From NCBI GenBank assembly GCA_964276515.1, contig OZ193909.1, positions 20,894,001 through 20,958,000 on the forward strand: a DNA stretch of 64,000 bases, written 5' to 3'. Each line of letters starts with the position of its first letter. Positions within the stretch are counted from its first letter, which is position 1. Source of the DNA: Gordius albopunctatus. Its lineage: Eukaryota. Below the pieces are notes generated by a model, which saw only the letters and a program-made list of their open reading frames with translations, made no database searches and had not been told where the DNA came from. Positions 52,903 through 64,000 of this stretch are shown in pieces. A program made the translations under genes and the position numbers.

Positions 52903-54302
52903 TTATTCTTCTTTATCAAGTATTTAGTTTAACAGCCGTGGTTGTTGTGATAAGTTTCTCCTATATTAGTTGGGTAAAAGCCATTTCTTGATAAATGATC
53001 TTAGATTTCACTTTCCATGTGACACGAGGTCGTTTAATTCCTCTTCCCGGTACCTCCATGTCAATTACTATTTGATTTACGTCATTCGTATCTCTTCTTT
53101 AAATATCCCCATACCACCTTAGCCAATATTCGTTAATAATGTCATCGGTTGAATACCCATTTTAGTCTCATGAGAAAGTCATTCGTCATATTGTGAAGCT
53201 TAGTATAATACCCCAAGCTCCACCGTATTATTCTCATCTCTGTGGCTTGTAATAGCTTTCCTTCCGTGGTATGCCCATGTTTCACTTCAATAGAGTAACA
53301 CCGGTCTTACGATGGATTTGTAAGCTTTGCTCTTCAACCATATTGGCATTTTCTTGTCACACAAAACACCGGATATACTTCGCCATTTAAGCCATCCTTT
53401 TTGGATCCGGGCACTGACTTCTGTTGTGCAACCTCCCTCTTGATGAAGCATCGAGCCGAGGTATGTAAACAGGTATACTTTTGGGTACTTTAGATGGTCA
53501 TCCACCGATGGGGTGCCTGTAACGTTCATCTTATGTTTCCCTTTTTTAATCGTTGACCTTTAAACTATATCCAGCCACACGCTGTCGATACTTTATGGCT
53601 TCTTTGAATACTTTCTCTTTTGTCTCTTCACATAGTGCTATACAACATGGCGATGAGTTTCGAATGTCTAGTTATGAGTCCATAATTATATTAAATAAAA
53701 AGGGACATATCTCTTCTCATTTCACCATATTCATCCCTCATTTGTCTTAGTGCGAAGATTGGATCGATTGTGGAGCTGCCGGCCACAAAGTCTAATTAGT
53801 TGGTCAAAATTTCCACCCCGTTTTTCAGCTTTGTTACTAAGATCCTTTCCATAAGCTTCAAGAAGCGGCAAGTTAGCTTGATACCTCTGCAATTGCCATA
53901 CTCCTAAGGGTCTCCTTTGCTTTTGATTAAGGCTATAATCGTGCTTGCACTCCATTGATTATGAATTTGTTCTTCTTCCAATATCTTGTTAAGGAGGTTC
54001 GTCATGGTGGTGACTCCTTCTTCACGACATCCGAGCAATGCTTCCATAGGTATTCTACCTGGGCCATCCGCTTTTCCTTTTTGCATTTTGTTCATTTGTG
54101 TCCTAACTTAATCCTCCCAAAAGAGTTCCATCATACTTATGTTTGGCTTTGTCACTTGCAATATTCATAAGTTTCTTGATACTTTCCACCTTTCAATCAC
54201 TTCTTTCGGCTTGAATAAGGTTTGACCCTTCTCGTTTTTGACTATTTTAAGAACTCCGACATCGCGACTTTTCTTTTCCTTTGTCTTGGCCAATTTGTAC
54301 AT
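52903..54302 (-). mobile_element. 5'-truncated, decayed RTE
   Basis: FTYLGSMLHQEGGC, WLKWRSISGVLCDKK, KGKADGPG; GAAGAA tail near 52905. Confidence 0.85.
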
Positions 54303-55483
54303 AAGATACAATATTGAAAATTATTTATAAAAGGAGTGAAATGTAAAAAGATATTAGTTTAAGGTAGAAGGTAAAATCTTGTATAAACTAAGATATAATG
54401 TGTTACAGAAATATTGAAACCAAAATTAGAGAAATTTCCACATAAATAAACTTCGAATTTATAAAAGTAAGTTAACTACCCTAGTCAATCGGCTTTCAAG
54501 TTAAATATCATAATTTCTTATTTCCTAATAGCTCTTTCTTCAACGAATTCCATGGTTGATTAAAAAGCTCTGGCTTCACTCCTTACTCCTCTCATGCACT
54601 TAATTTTTAAAAATACCCAACCTACACCTATTATGTTAATGCTCAAGTAATAAAATTTTTTATCTTTTGATTTAAACAAAGTAATTTTTACCCATAATCC
54701 ATTTAAAAATAATACAGTTTTGAATAATAAATATTAAAAAGAGTCCTAGTTTTTTATTTTGGAATAAAATGTTAGTGCCAGATTTAAATCGAACCCAATG
54801 TTCTGCATAATTTTTGTGCTTTCACCTTGATCAATTCGTTTTGTTCATTTTCGTTGGCTAAAACATTCAAAAAAACGTAATTACTACTAATAACTATCGT
54901 AATTTAAAATTAAAATTCTTTTACGTAGCAAGCATTATTTGTAAAATTTTGAAACATTTTATACCTATGATTTTATACGTGTTGATTGAGATGTAGTATT
55001 ATTGTAAAAACGCGCTTTAGTAATATTTGAATGTGGTATGGCATCAGATATATCTAATTTGAATCGCCTATCTATTTTCGAACCACTTAAACCTTCAATT
55101 GTTTTGTTAATTTAACAAATGTTGGGGAAAAAATATATTTCTTAAGGACGGCATGACCAAAAAAGGTATACTTATAATAAACCTACTTTTTTTAAATAAA
55201 AATTTATTTTTAATACTTCAAACAACTTTTACTAATGAGCATGATTGTATAATTAATAAAACCTTATTAAATAGAATTCATTTTATCAATAAACTTATAT
55301 CTGATGGAAAAACCTATTTGGAATTAATACGCTAAGATACAAGTCTTATAAAGCCTCAGGAGGCATTTGCCCCCCCCCCCAAAAGAACCTTATATATTCG
55401 ATATAATCATGATTTTGAAGCCTAAAATTTTAACCATTTATGTGGTTTTAGGAAAAAATCATAAAGTTAGAAACGCGAATCTT

Positions 55484-56275
55484 ATGTCTTTATCCTCGAA
55501 TAACGTGTCTACAATGTCCAATTTGACACCTGCTGATAAAAAATCAGCTTTTTCAACAAAGGAGGAGCTACCATCACGGTGGGACGAAATCAAATTTTAT
55601 GCCAGCAAAAGTCGGGCCAAAGCCACTTTGATAATCTTGACATTTACAGCGATGTCGCCATTCATACTCATTTATGCTTGCCTCCTGGTCAATGCTATTT
55701 GGTTTGGACTCTCCACACTTTTATTCGCTTTAGGTATAATATTTCTAGTTAAATTTTTTGAATATTAAGATGAGTATAGTGTTGTAAAAAGGGGTGGGAT
55801 TGGGTAAAAACCTTTGGTTTCTTTATGCCCATCAGTATTTACAACCCTAGAAGAGAATTATGATAAAGCCAGAGTTATTTTGGAAGAGATTACACTACTA
55901 CTAGGCTATTTAATATTATTCCGCTTACAATTTTAAAGAGTTTATATTAACTTCACCAGCATCATTTTGAAATAAATAGTATGCTTTAGTAATATTAGAA
56001 AATTGTCAAAAAAGTTTACAAGAACTGGAGTTGATACTATATATGCAATTTATAAAAATAAATTAATTTTTGCAATTATTTTAGGAGCAATATTTTTAGC
56101 ATCTACATTAGTGTTGCTGATACAAGTGCTAACTATCGATTCCCTCGCAGTAATAATCAGTTTAATCCTTATCCTGATTTTTGCTTCCTTTAAATTATGT
56201 CTTCGCTTCGTATACCCCAAAATCAATAACCAATCGCGCGATAAAAAAACGAATCGCCGTAAATTTTTCCAATGA
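55484..56275 (+). CDS. Small multi-pass membrane protein (possibly promethin/LDAF1-like), two exons
   Basis: Intron 55734-56084 joins LFALG|AIFLAS in frame; long continuous hydrophobic region and basic C-tail. Family assignment is a guess. Confidence 0.55.
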
Positions 56276-56433
56276 TAAAACAGCACGTAATTTTACTTTG
56301 TATTTTATGCTATCACGAATAAAAATACGATGATATAAGAATAATTCAGCATGTCAACGTAGTATTTGTTAAATAAATTCACATCATATATATATATATA
56401 TATATAATACAATTTATAATAAAATAAATAAAA

Positions 56434-59400
56434 TTAAAATGGTGTTTCAATCTGTGAAGAGCTTTTTTAACAAGGGCTTCCCAGGACTGACTTGTGCGGA
56501 CATTATGGGAAATGATGAGTGTTGAGTCTGTAGTAAACCAGAACCTTTGGCTGCTAGGGCTTTAGTGTCCGAACCCAACTTTGAGGTTTTACTAGCTCGC
56601 GGAACTTTACCTAACAATAAAATATCTATGTCAAACCCGCAAAATCATATAAAATTTTTCTTTTTCTCTAATCATAATCATTTTACTCTTTAGCTTGGTA
56701 TTTTGCGCCGGTCTCTTGTGCGTTTTGAGGTTATTGAGTGAGGCGGTGGCTGATAGAGCTGTCGAGGTGGTTAGAGTAGTTAAGCTCGGGGCACATTGTG
56801 TCCTAGAAGAAGCCAATAACTGAGCCAACTTTTGGTGGATGGCTCGGAAAATGAGAGCATCAGCTAGCTCTTGATTTAAGTGCACCTCGGTGGTGCGGTC
56901 ATTGCTGTCCGTTATCCACAAGCAATCCTCCAACAAGCATAATTCATCATTGACGTGCCCTGCCAAACAGATGGTAAAAGGATATACAAAAATTTAACTT
57001 TCCGGATAGTGACCAAAATCTTGGCAGTGCCCGTGCTAGAAAATTATTTGAAATTTCAAACAGAACTCAATTCGACTCGATATATTTTTATAACCCGGGA
57101 AATATATCAACCCTGGCAACATAAGTGAATTGCTTAAATTTATATTCGTATTTTAAATTGTATATCATTTATTATTTTTATAAAGAGAATTACATATTTT
57201 GTGAAGGTGAAATAAATAAATTAAAAATCGTAGATATTGGGAAAACATTCGGTTATGGCTAATGAATTATATTTACAGATAAATTGAATTTACCATTGAA
57301 AAAATGTAGAAAATGCACAACAAAATGTTTGACAATTTTTTCTAACCAACCCGACTTGAAAATTTACAATTCAAACCTGGCCTGAAAATAATTTTTCCCA
57401 AGCCCCCTTTCAAATAGGACCCTATTTTTTTAATTAAATTTGATTTAAAGGTAGATAAAACCTCAGGGAGCTTTTAAATTCTTACTGAGCACCTTAATTG
57501 ATTAGTGGGCATTTTTGAATGTTTAACACAGCTTAATTAAATAATTAGCAGCATTTTCAAATATTTTTAGTGAGCACGTTTCTAAATAGGAAGGTAAATA
57601 CTGAGCATTCAAACAATGACGAGTTTAGAAGAAGCGGGTGGGTGAAATTACCTACGACGATCAGAGCTGAAGGGGCGCTCTTTTGCCTATACCTTAGCTG
57701 TTCGACGAATTTGATGGAATTAATTCGAGATATGGCCCCTATCACGTAAACTACGGGGCACGTAAGCTTTTGCAGGAGTACCAAATTATTTTCCAACTGA
57801 CCACCGCCCATCTCGTTGCCCAAACTCTGGAAGAACCAAAAGGAAAAAAATGCAAATCATAATATCCATTTTTCTCGTGTGTGAAATATGTATTTACCGT
57901 TAAACGTTTTTCTTTGAGGTCTACGAACGGAAATCCCAAGCATACCACAGCATCTACCGTAGTTTGTAGTGAAGCCTTTGGTAAAAGTAAAAAGTGAATT
58001 GAAGCAGCACAATTTAGCGAGGTACTTGAGTGAGATATTAATGTTAAGGAAAATCAAGATTTTGGATATATACACTAACGTAGCAAGCCATGAGAGATGC
58101 AATGCTCCAACCCCAAACAATGACCGTAGATGTTGGGTTTTGAGATTTCAACTGTGAAGCCAACCGTGAAACAAATAGTTTTAATTATTATTAAAATTGG
58201 TGACATAGTAAATAACCTACTTTTATTTAAAAACGTTTAGCATTTTAGTTAAATTGAGAGATTTCACGTTATGATTTCTACCTTAACATTCATAATAATT
58301 TAATTATTATCATAAAAATAGAGGCTCCAAAAATTCAATAACAGCCAAAGTAAAAGACTGGCCAAATAAATTTTCAGTTAAAATGCAAATTTTGTCACGT
58401 TTTACAATGAAAGTTGTTGAAATTTGCAATCAAAATTATAAAGGACTTAAAAAAGATTTACTTCGATTCAGACACAAGCACCCATAAAGACCAAACAACA
58501 GAGTTAAAGGCAATCTTTAGAAAAATAAGGAAAAACAAAAATGATATAAATAATGTATTTGATTTCATCATCTTTGAACAAGCACAATGAGAATTTTGAA
58601 AGTGAAAAGCTGAGTTTACTTTCATAATTTTAGTTCTGAGTGCGGCAAATACGCTTCTCACAAACTGTAATGGGCTTATCTCTTGTTCACCACCCGCCCC
58701 CCCTTCTCGTTCCTCATCAAATTTAGACCCATTTCCGCCAACATTTTCATTCCCGACTCCTTCAACGCTTAAAACCTCAACGTGCCAACCAGAATCTTGC
58801 ATCATAAAAGCATTGATCCATCGATTGAATCGTGAACCCAGTTTATCCGTAGTTTTAGATATATCGTCAAATGGCAATGGAGCCACAATGAGAACTATGG
58901 TTTTCTACCCAAAAATGAATCCACAATAAAGTTTATCAATGGTTTTTCAAAGAAAAATTTGCAATTTAAAATGATATTTTAGTCGAGAGTTTCATGGATT
59001 TATACATTTTTTGAAGATTGTGGTTTGGGCATTTGATTATAACCTATTGCTTTTGGACAATTTGTAGAAGAGCTAAGTACTAAATTATGTATAAGTGAGG
59101 ATATAGTTATAAAATTGTCTTTAATTTGTTTATGCATTATTCCATTATTCATTCCTTGATTGAGTGAGGCTGAAAGATCTGTAGACGGAGAAAAGGCTGA
59201 TTCTGTCATTTCCAAAACAACCCAAGGAATCTAAAAAGTAAAAAATTTTAAAATAAATATTAGTAATTACTTTTGCTTTCAGCAAACATAAGATTTCTGT
59301 ATAGGCTATGAGCAGAGATATGGGCAGCAATGATACTAAGTTGTAATGGAGCCATTTGATTAATTCTATCTCCTATGGCAAAATAAATGAGGATTAAAGC

Positions 59401-62368
59401 TTTACTGCCTGGATTTTATAACAAAAAAATGATGCACTCTACGAAGTTGTGATTTAAAAACAATTTTTTTATTGATTTTATTGAGTTGGTAATTTATAAT
59501 TTGAGTAAAATGCCTTATCTTAAAATGACATAATCTTTGTTAAAAGCAAAAATCAGAATATTTAATTGAGAATGAATATCTAGTTAATTCATATAAAAAT
59601 ATCATTATCTTGTAAAACATATGCCTAGACCTGGCAATTTGTTTTTTAGATTTTTTTTACAAATATATAGATTTATAAGTATTATTAATCCTAACAAATA
59701 TTTAAGGGTTATTTTTATTTGAATTAACCAAAAGTCTCGACATATAAATTTCCGAAAAGATTTGTACCAATTAATCAAGTACGGTAAAAAAAATATAAGG
59801 TGATTTGACATTAACTTCCTTATTTTAAATTCTTTACAACATGTTTATAATAACTAATTAAGGGTCAAAAGGGAGAAGTACTAACATACGACAGCCATAT
59901 ACTACAAAGATGGTACGACTATTATTATAGCGATTTATCAATTGAAAAGGGGCCCGTAGTCGAAGACACTAACCAGGAAAATACAATAGGAGAATTAAAC
60001 ACAGCGGACTGGATTACGGAAACGGAAGTGAAAGTTGCTATGAGTAAACTAAAGTCAGGAAAAGCCCTTGGACCCGACAATATACCAATAGAGGGCTTCA
60101 AAGCGTTAGGCAATACTGGTGCACAATTCCTCGCCAACCTTTTCAACAATATCTTGAAAACGGGTAAAATGCCTGACGAGTGGAGGGATAGCTACATGAT
60201 CCCGATATACAAGATGAAAGGGGACATTCAGGATTGCAACAATTACAGAGGGATAAAGCTTATGAGTCACACTTTCAAGGTGTGGGAGAAAGTGATCGAA
60301 AAACGGCTTCGGAGTATGGTTCAAATTCGAGATAACCAATTCGGATTTATGCCGGAGAGGTCTACAGCAGACGCCCTAAACAGTGTTAGAAGATTAATGA
60401 AACGATTTAAAGAAAGGGAAGAGGATTCGCACATGTATTTCATCGATCTAGAAAAAGCGTTTGATAAAGTTGCTCGTAATTTAGTTTGGAAATGTTTTGA
60501 AGAAAACAATGTGCCACAAGTATACGTCAGAGCAATAAAGGATATGCACAAGGGAAATAGAACGTACGTTAGAACAACGGTGGGGACTACAAAAGGCTTT
60601 GCCATCAACACTGGAGTTCATCAAGGTTCAGCTCTTAGTCCCTTCCTATTCATAATGATAATGGATAATATTACCAAGGATTTGGGTGGGAAGCTCCTTG
60701 GGCAATGATATTTGCAGACGATATAATCCTCTGTGCCAAAAGCGAACAAGAATTGGCTAACACTGTAAATAGATGGGTAAATGCAATAGAAGAAAGTGGT
60801 CTCAGGGTAAATCGAATGAAAACCAGCAAAGTACATCCCTTAGTTTAGGCGATTGGCTAAAAACGTGGATTCCTTCAAATATTTAGGATCAACACTTCAA
60901 TCAGATGGTGGAATGGATAAAGAGATCCAAGCAAGGATAAATTCCGGATGGCTCAAGTGGAGGGACTTGACAGCCGTTGTGTGACAAAAACATCCCAACA
61001 AGACTAAAAAGTGCACTGTATAAATCCATCAAACAGCCAACAGTCCTGTATAGCTTGGAATCATGGGCTATTATACATAAAAGAGAAGAGCAACGTCTTG
61101 CGACCATGGAGATGAGAATGCTAAGATGGGTGCTAGGAGTAAGCAAAAAGGACCATAGGCGAAATGAGGAAATAAGAAGAATTTTGGGTACTACATCAAT
61201 TGCGACAAAGCTCCTAACAAATAGACTAAGATGGTATGGCCATGTCGAAAGAAGGGACGATAGCTACTTAGGAAAGAAAATCAAGTTGATAAATTTTGCA
61301 GGAAAACAAAGGAGAGGAAGACCCAAGCAGCTTACCTGGATTCATAAAATACAGCATGATATGAAAGTCTACAAGATAAAGAAAGATCTATGTAAACATA
61401 GAAACAAATGGAAACGAATGCTGAAAGGACTGACCACCAGCCTAGATGACAAGCAGTCATAGAAAGAAGATTTATAATAAGATTATACTTTTAAAACAAT
61501 TCAAACATCTTACAAAAGAAGAGATTCTATATAAGACACATCAATCATTGTTTAAAATAACGGATAACTAAAAAATTACAAATTTTTCTTTTTTTTGTAA
61601 ACAAAATTGTTAATTTAGATGGTGCCAAAATTTTCTACCTATGTACATAAACGTTTGCTGTAAAAGATATTAACACAACTTATATTTAATAAAATAATGT
61701 TATAACCAAATATTTAAAGGCCAAATTATTAGCTATTACCCAATCAAAAAGAATAAGTAGATTTCTAAATAGATTTGCAGACTTTTCCAAGTATACTTTC
61801 CTTTTTATGGGGTGGAATGTTCCCTAAAATAAATTTAAATTGTTTTGTATGAATATTCAATTACGTTGCTATAAATTAATTTTGCTTGCTGGTAATTAAT
61901 GAGTATTGAAATGGATCTGTCATAAATCATTATTTGCTTATGGCTCCATGTAAATCTGAAAAATTCATATTTATGCCAGTATAAATTACTTTATGACATT
62001 TGATTGCCAATCATATTCATAATCACCGTCCCTATTTATTATTTGGCTCTCTTGAATTGCACTGTTAAACTTTTCTTCCAAAACATTTGGATTAATCTTT
62101 TGATTGATATTATCATTTACTGTAACAATATCGATCTCGCTTTAGAGAGATATAATAATGCGTTATTAAATACTTACGTATCATTCAATTTATATATTTT
62201 TGTAAAACTATCCAAGAATAAAAATTGTGTTGGAATTGAAATATAATTTCCGGGAATATACGTTTTATCCTCAAGCACATATGAATGATCATCAAAAATT
62301 ATATTTTTTCGCGATGATACATCTAAAAGTATTCCTACGGTTTTTATTAATTCTTGGGTAAATTCCAT
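56434..62368 (-). CDS. KANSL3: KAT8 regulatory NSL complex subunit 3-like (alpha/beta-hydrolase fold), multi-exon
   Basis: Ordered motifs FDDHSY, EIDIVT, DWQSNVIK|FTW, FDW|EIELIKWLH, AYTEILCLLKAK, VIVWGWSIASLMACYVS, AVVCLGFP, PVVYVIG match the KANSL3 architecture as recalled. Exon edges partly inferred. Confidence 0.8.
59854..61470 (+). mobile_element. 5'-truncated RTE inside a KANSL3 intron (antisense to host)
   Basis: 10-bp TSD TTTATAATAA (59844-59853, 61471-61480); GAAAGAAGA tail; NYRGIKL, DLEKAFD, HQGSALSP, FADD. Confidence 0.9.
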
Positions 62369-63511
62369 GAAGGAGTCAATATGGTACTATAGTTAAAACA
62401 ATTATTTAATTAGTCGATCTCATTCATGATTGGTCTAGACTCAATAAATTTTCTTAGTGAAAGAGTTAGTGAGACAAAAATTAAAGAAAAGCTTAATCAA
62501 GCTTACGAAGTCTCCTTACTCTCATGATCTAATTTGCTGATGTATATGTTGCAATAATTATCATTCTTAATTTTATATTACCATGGAACACCTTTGCTGT
62601 TAAAGGTCTGAACTTTGTACTTTATACTCCAAGTGATATAAAATGGGGTAGAAAGATATATCCAGGCGCTCACTCAAATTTTTTCAAGGGGGGGGGGGCT
62701 TTCAAATTTTTGTTTTTATTTTTTTTAAATCATAAGAGGGATGAGAGGGGTCAGGCCGGCCACTGTCGTAAAATAATATTTTCTAGCAAACAAACGGGTT
62801 ACCATATATGCTCTAAAATTTGAGGACTTAATTATAATACAACCATAAATAGCAATTTAAATTGGGGTCATCATGACCCCTTTAATATTTATTAATCGTT
62901 TTAGCATTTGACCTGATCAATTAGTTATTATATTAGCCACTTAGCAGCCAGGACTTATTTTATTTTGATAATTAATAAGTTATATCGTTCTAAATTCCAT
63001 TTTTAGGATAATTATATATGTGTAGCCAGAGGAAGGCAGGAAGGGCGGCAGTAGCGTACGAAAGGGCCCCCCCCTTGGACAAAAAAATTCAATTTTTTTT
63101 CAAATTATACGGAAAAATTCAATGATATTAATAGGAGCCTTGTTAGTGTAGGCATATAAAAAATAATTAATAATCTTAATTAATTTAAGCACAAATATTC
63201 CCATTTAATAAAAACATAAAATTCAAGTTAGAACTTTTTGGATCCTGCATTTTTAATCTTTTGTCTTATACTTTATAAAAAAATTTATGTGATTAATTTA
63301 ACTTGCAGTAATCTTTAGGGCAAATAGTCCTGGTAATATTTTTGTTTAAATCTATTTTATGTAAATTTTTTATATCCCAAATTTTAACCTTATACACAGG
63401 CCGGATCCGAGCCCGACTTTTTTGAAATGTAAATTAAAAAAATATATTTAGAATAGCCATCCCCACCTTTCATTTAACCTAAAAACATTTTATCTCCTCT
63501 GTCGAGATTAT

Positions 63512-63536
63512 AAAGTAAGTAAGTAAGTAAGTAAGT
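63512..63536. repeat. (TAAG)n microsatellite, possibly the tail of a minus-strand retroposon
   Basis: About six AAGT units abutting a GC-richer segment and interrupting a repeat also seen at 40680-40745. Confidence 0.55.
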
Positions 63537-64000
63537 TTGCCGCGAAGACGCCCAAGAGCTTAGTTAGTGCAATCTAAGGTTGAGCCCCTTCTAACGCTAA
63601 ATGGCGCATCAGGCCACGTTAGTGATAACGTGTGAAAGGATTATTACACAAATCTTAATCTAGCATTATGTGACAAAATGCGATATTTTAACTAGCGATA
63701 CAAGTAACATTCACCCCTCTTTTTATTTTTTTAACGCCTTGAGAAAAACGAGGTTTTTATCTTAAGATCTCCAATAGGCAGTTCAGAATCCCTAAAAAGT
63801 TATCTCGACAATCTCCTTAAAAATTTAAAATGTAAACACTGAAATTTTTAAGCTTATGCCCGCCCATCACGCATTTTACATAGTGAAAAACTACTTTAAT
63901 ATAGACAAAATATTATTTTTCTTCCGATCCTTTGCACACACATATTTTACATAATTTCAAAACCCACAAAAATCTGTCCTTGAATTTACCCTCAACTTAT

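Overview
AT-rich eukaryotic (invertebrate-like) genomic DNA, roughly half transposable elements, with host genes split by very short (34-44 nt) GT-AG introns. Host genes: an intronless rhodopsin-like GPCR, SIRT4-like sirtuin, SLC22 transporter, a small glycine-rich peptide ORF, a small membrane protein and a KANSL3-like gene. Mobile elements: a nearly intact hAT transposon (perfect 8-bp TSD) plus an inverted deletion derivative, many hAT remnants and MITEs, a MULE fragment, an intact CsRn1-clade Gypsy LTR retrotransposon and a decayed relative, four CRE-like (RLE) non-LTR copies and several RTE copies. Top observations: (1) the full-length RTE begins at the predicted cleavage site of a twister ribozyme (about 48339-48393, with compensatory base changes); (2) a CRE-like element is flanked by a 146-bp direct duplication with target-site-duplication geometry; (3) the young LTR element has a non-canonical gag/pol junction, no evident polypurine tract and an asymmetric 65-bp LTR duplication. 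All calls were made by eye, without database searches.
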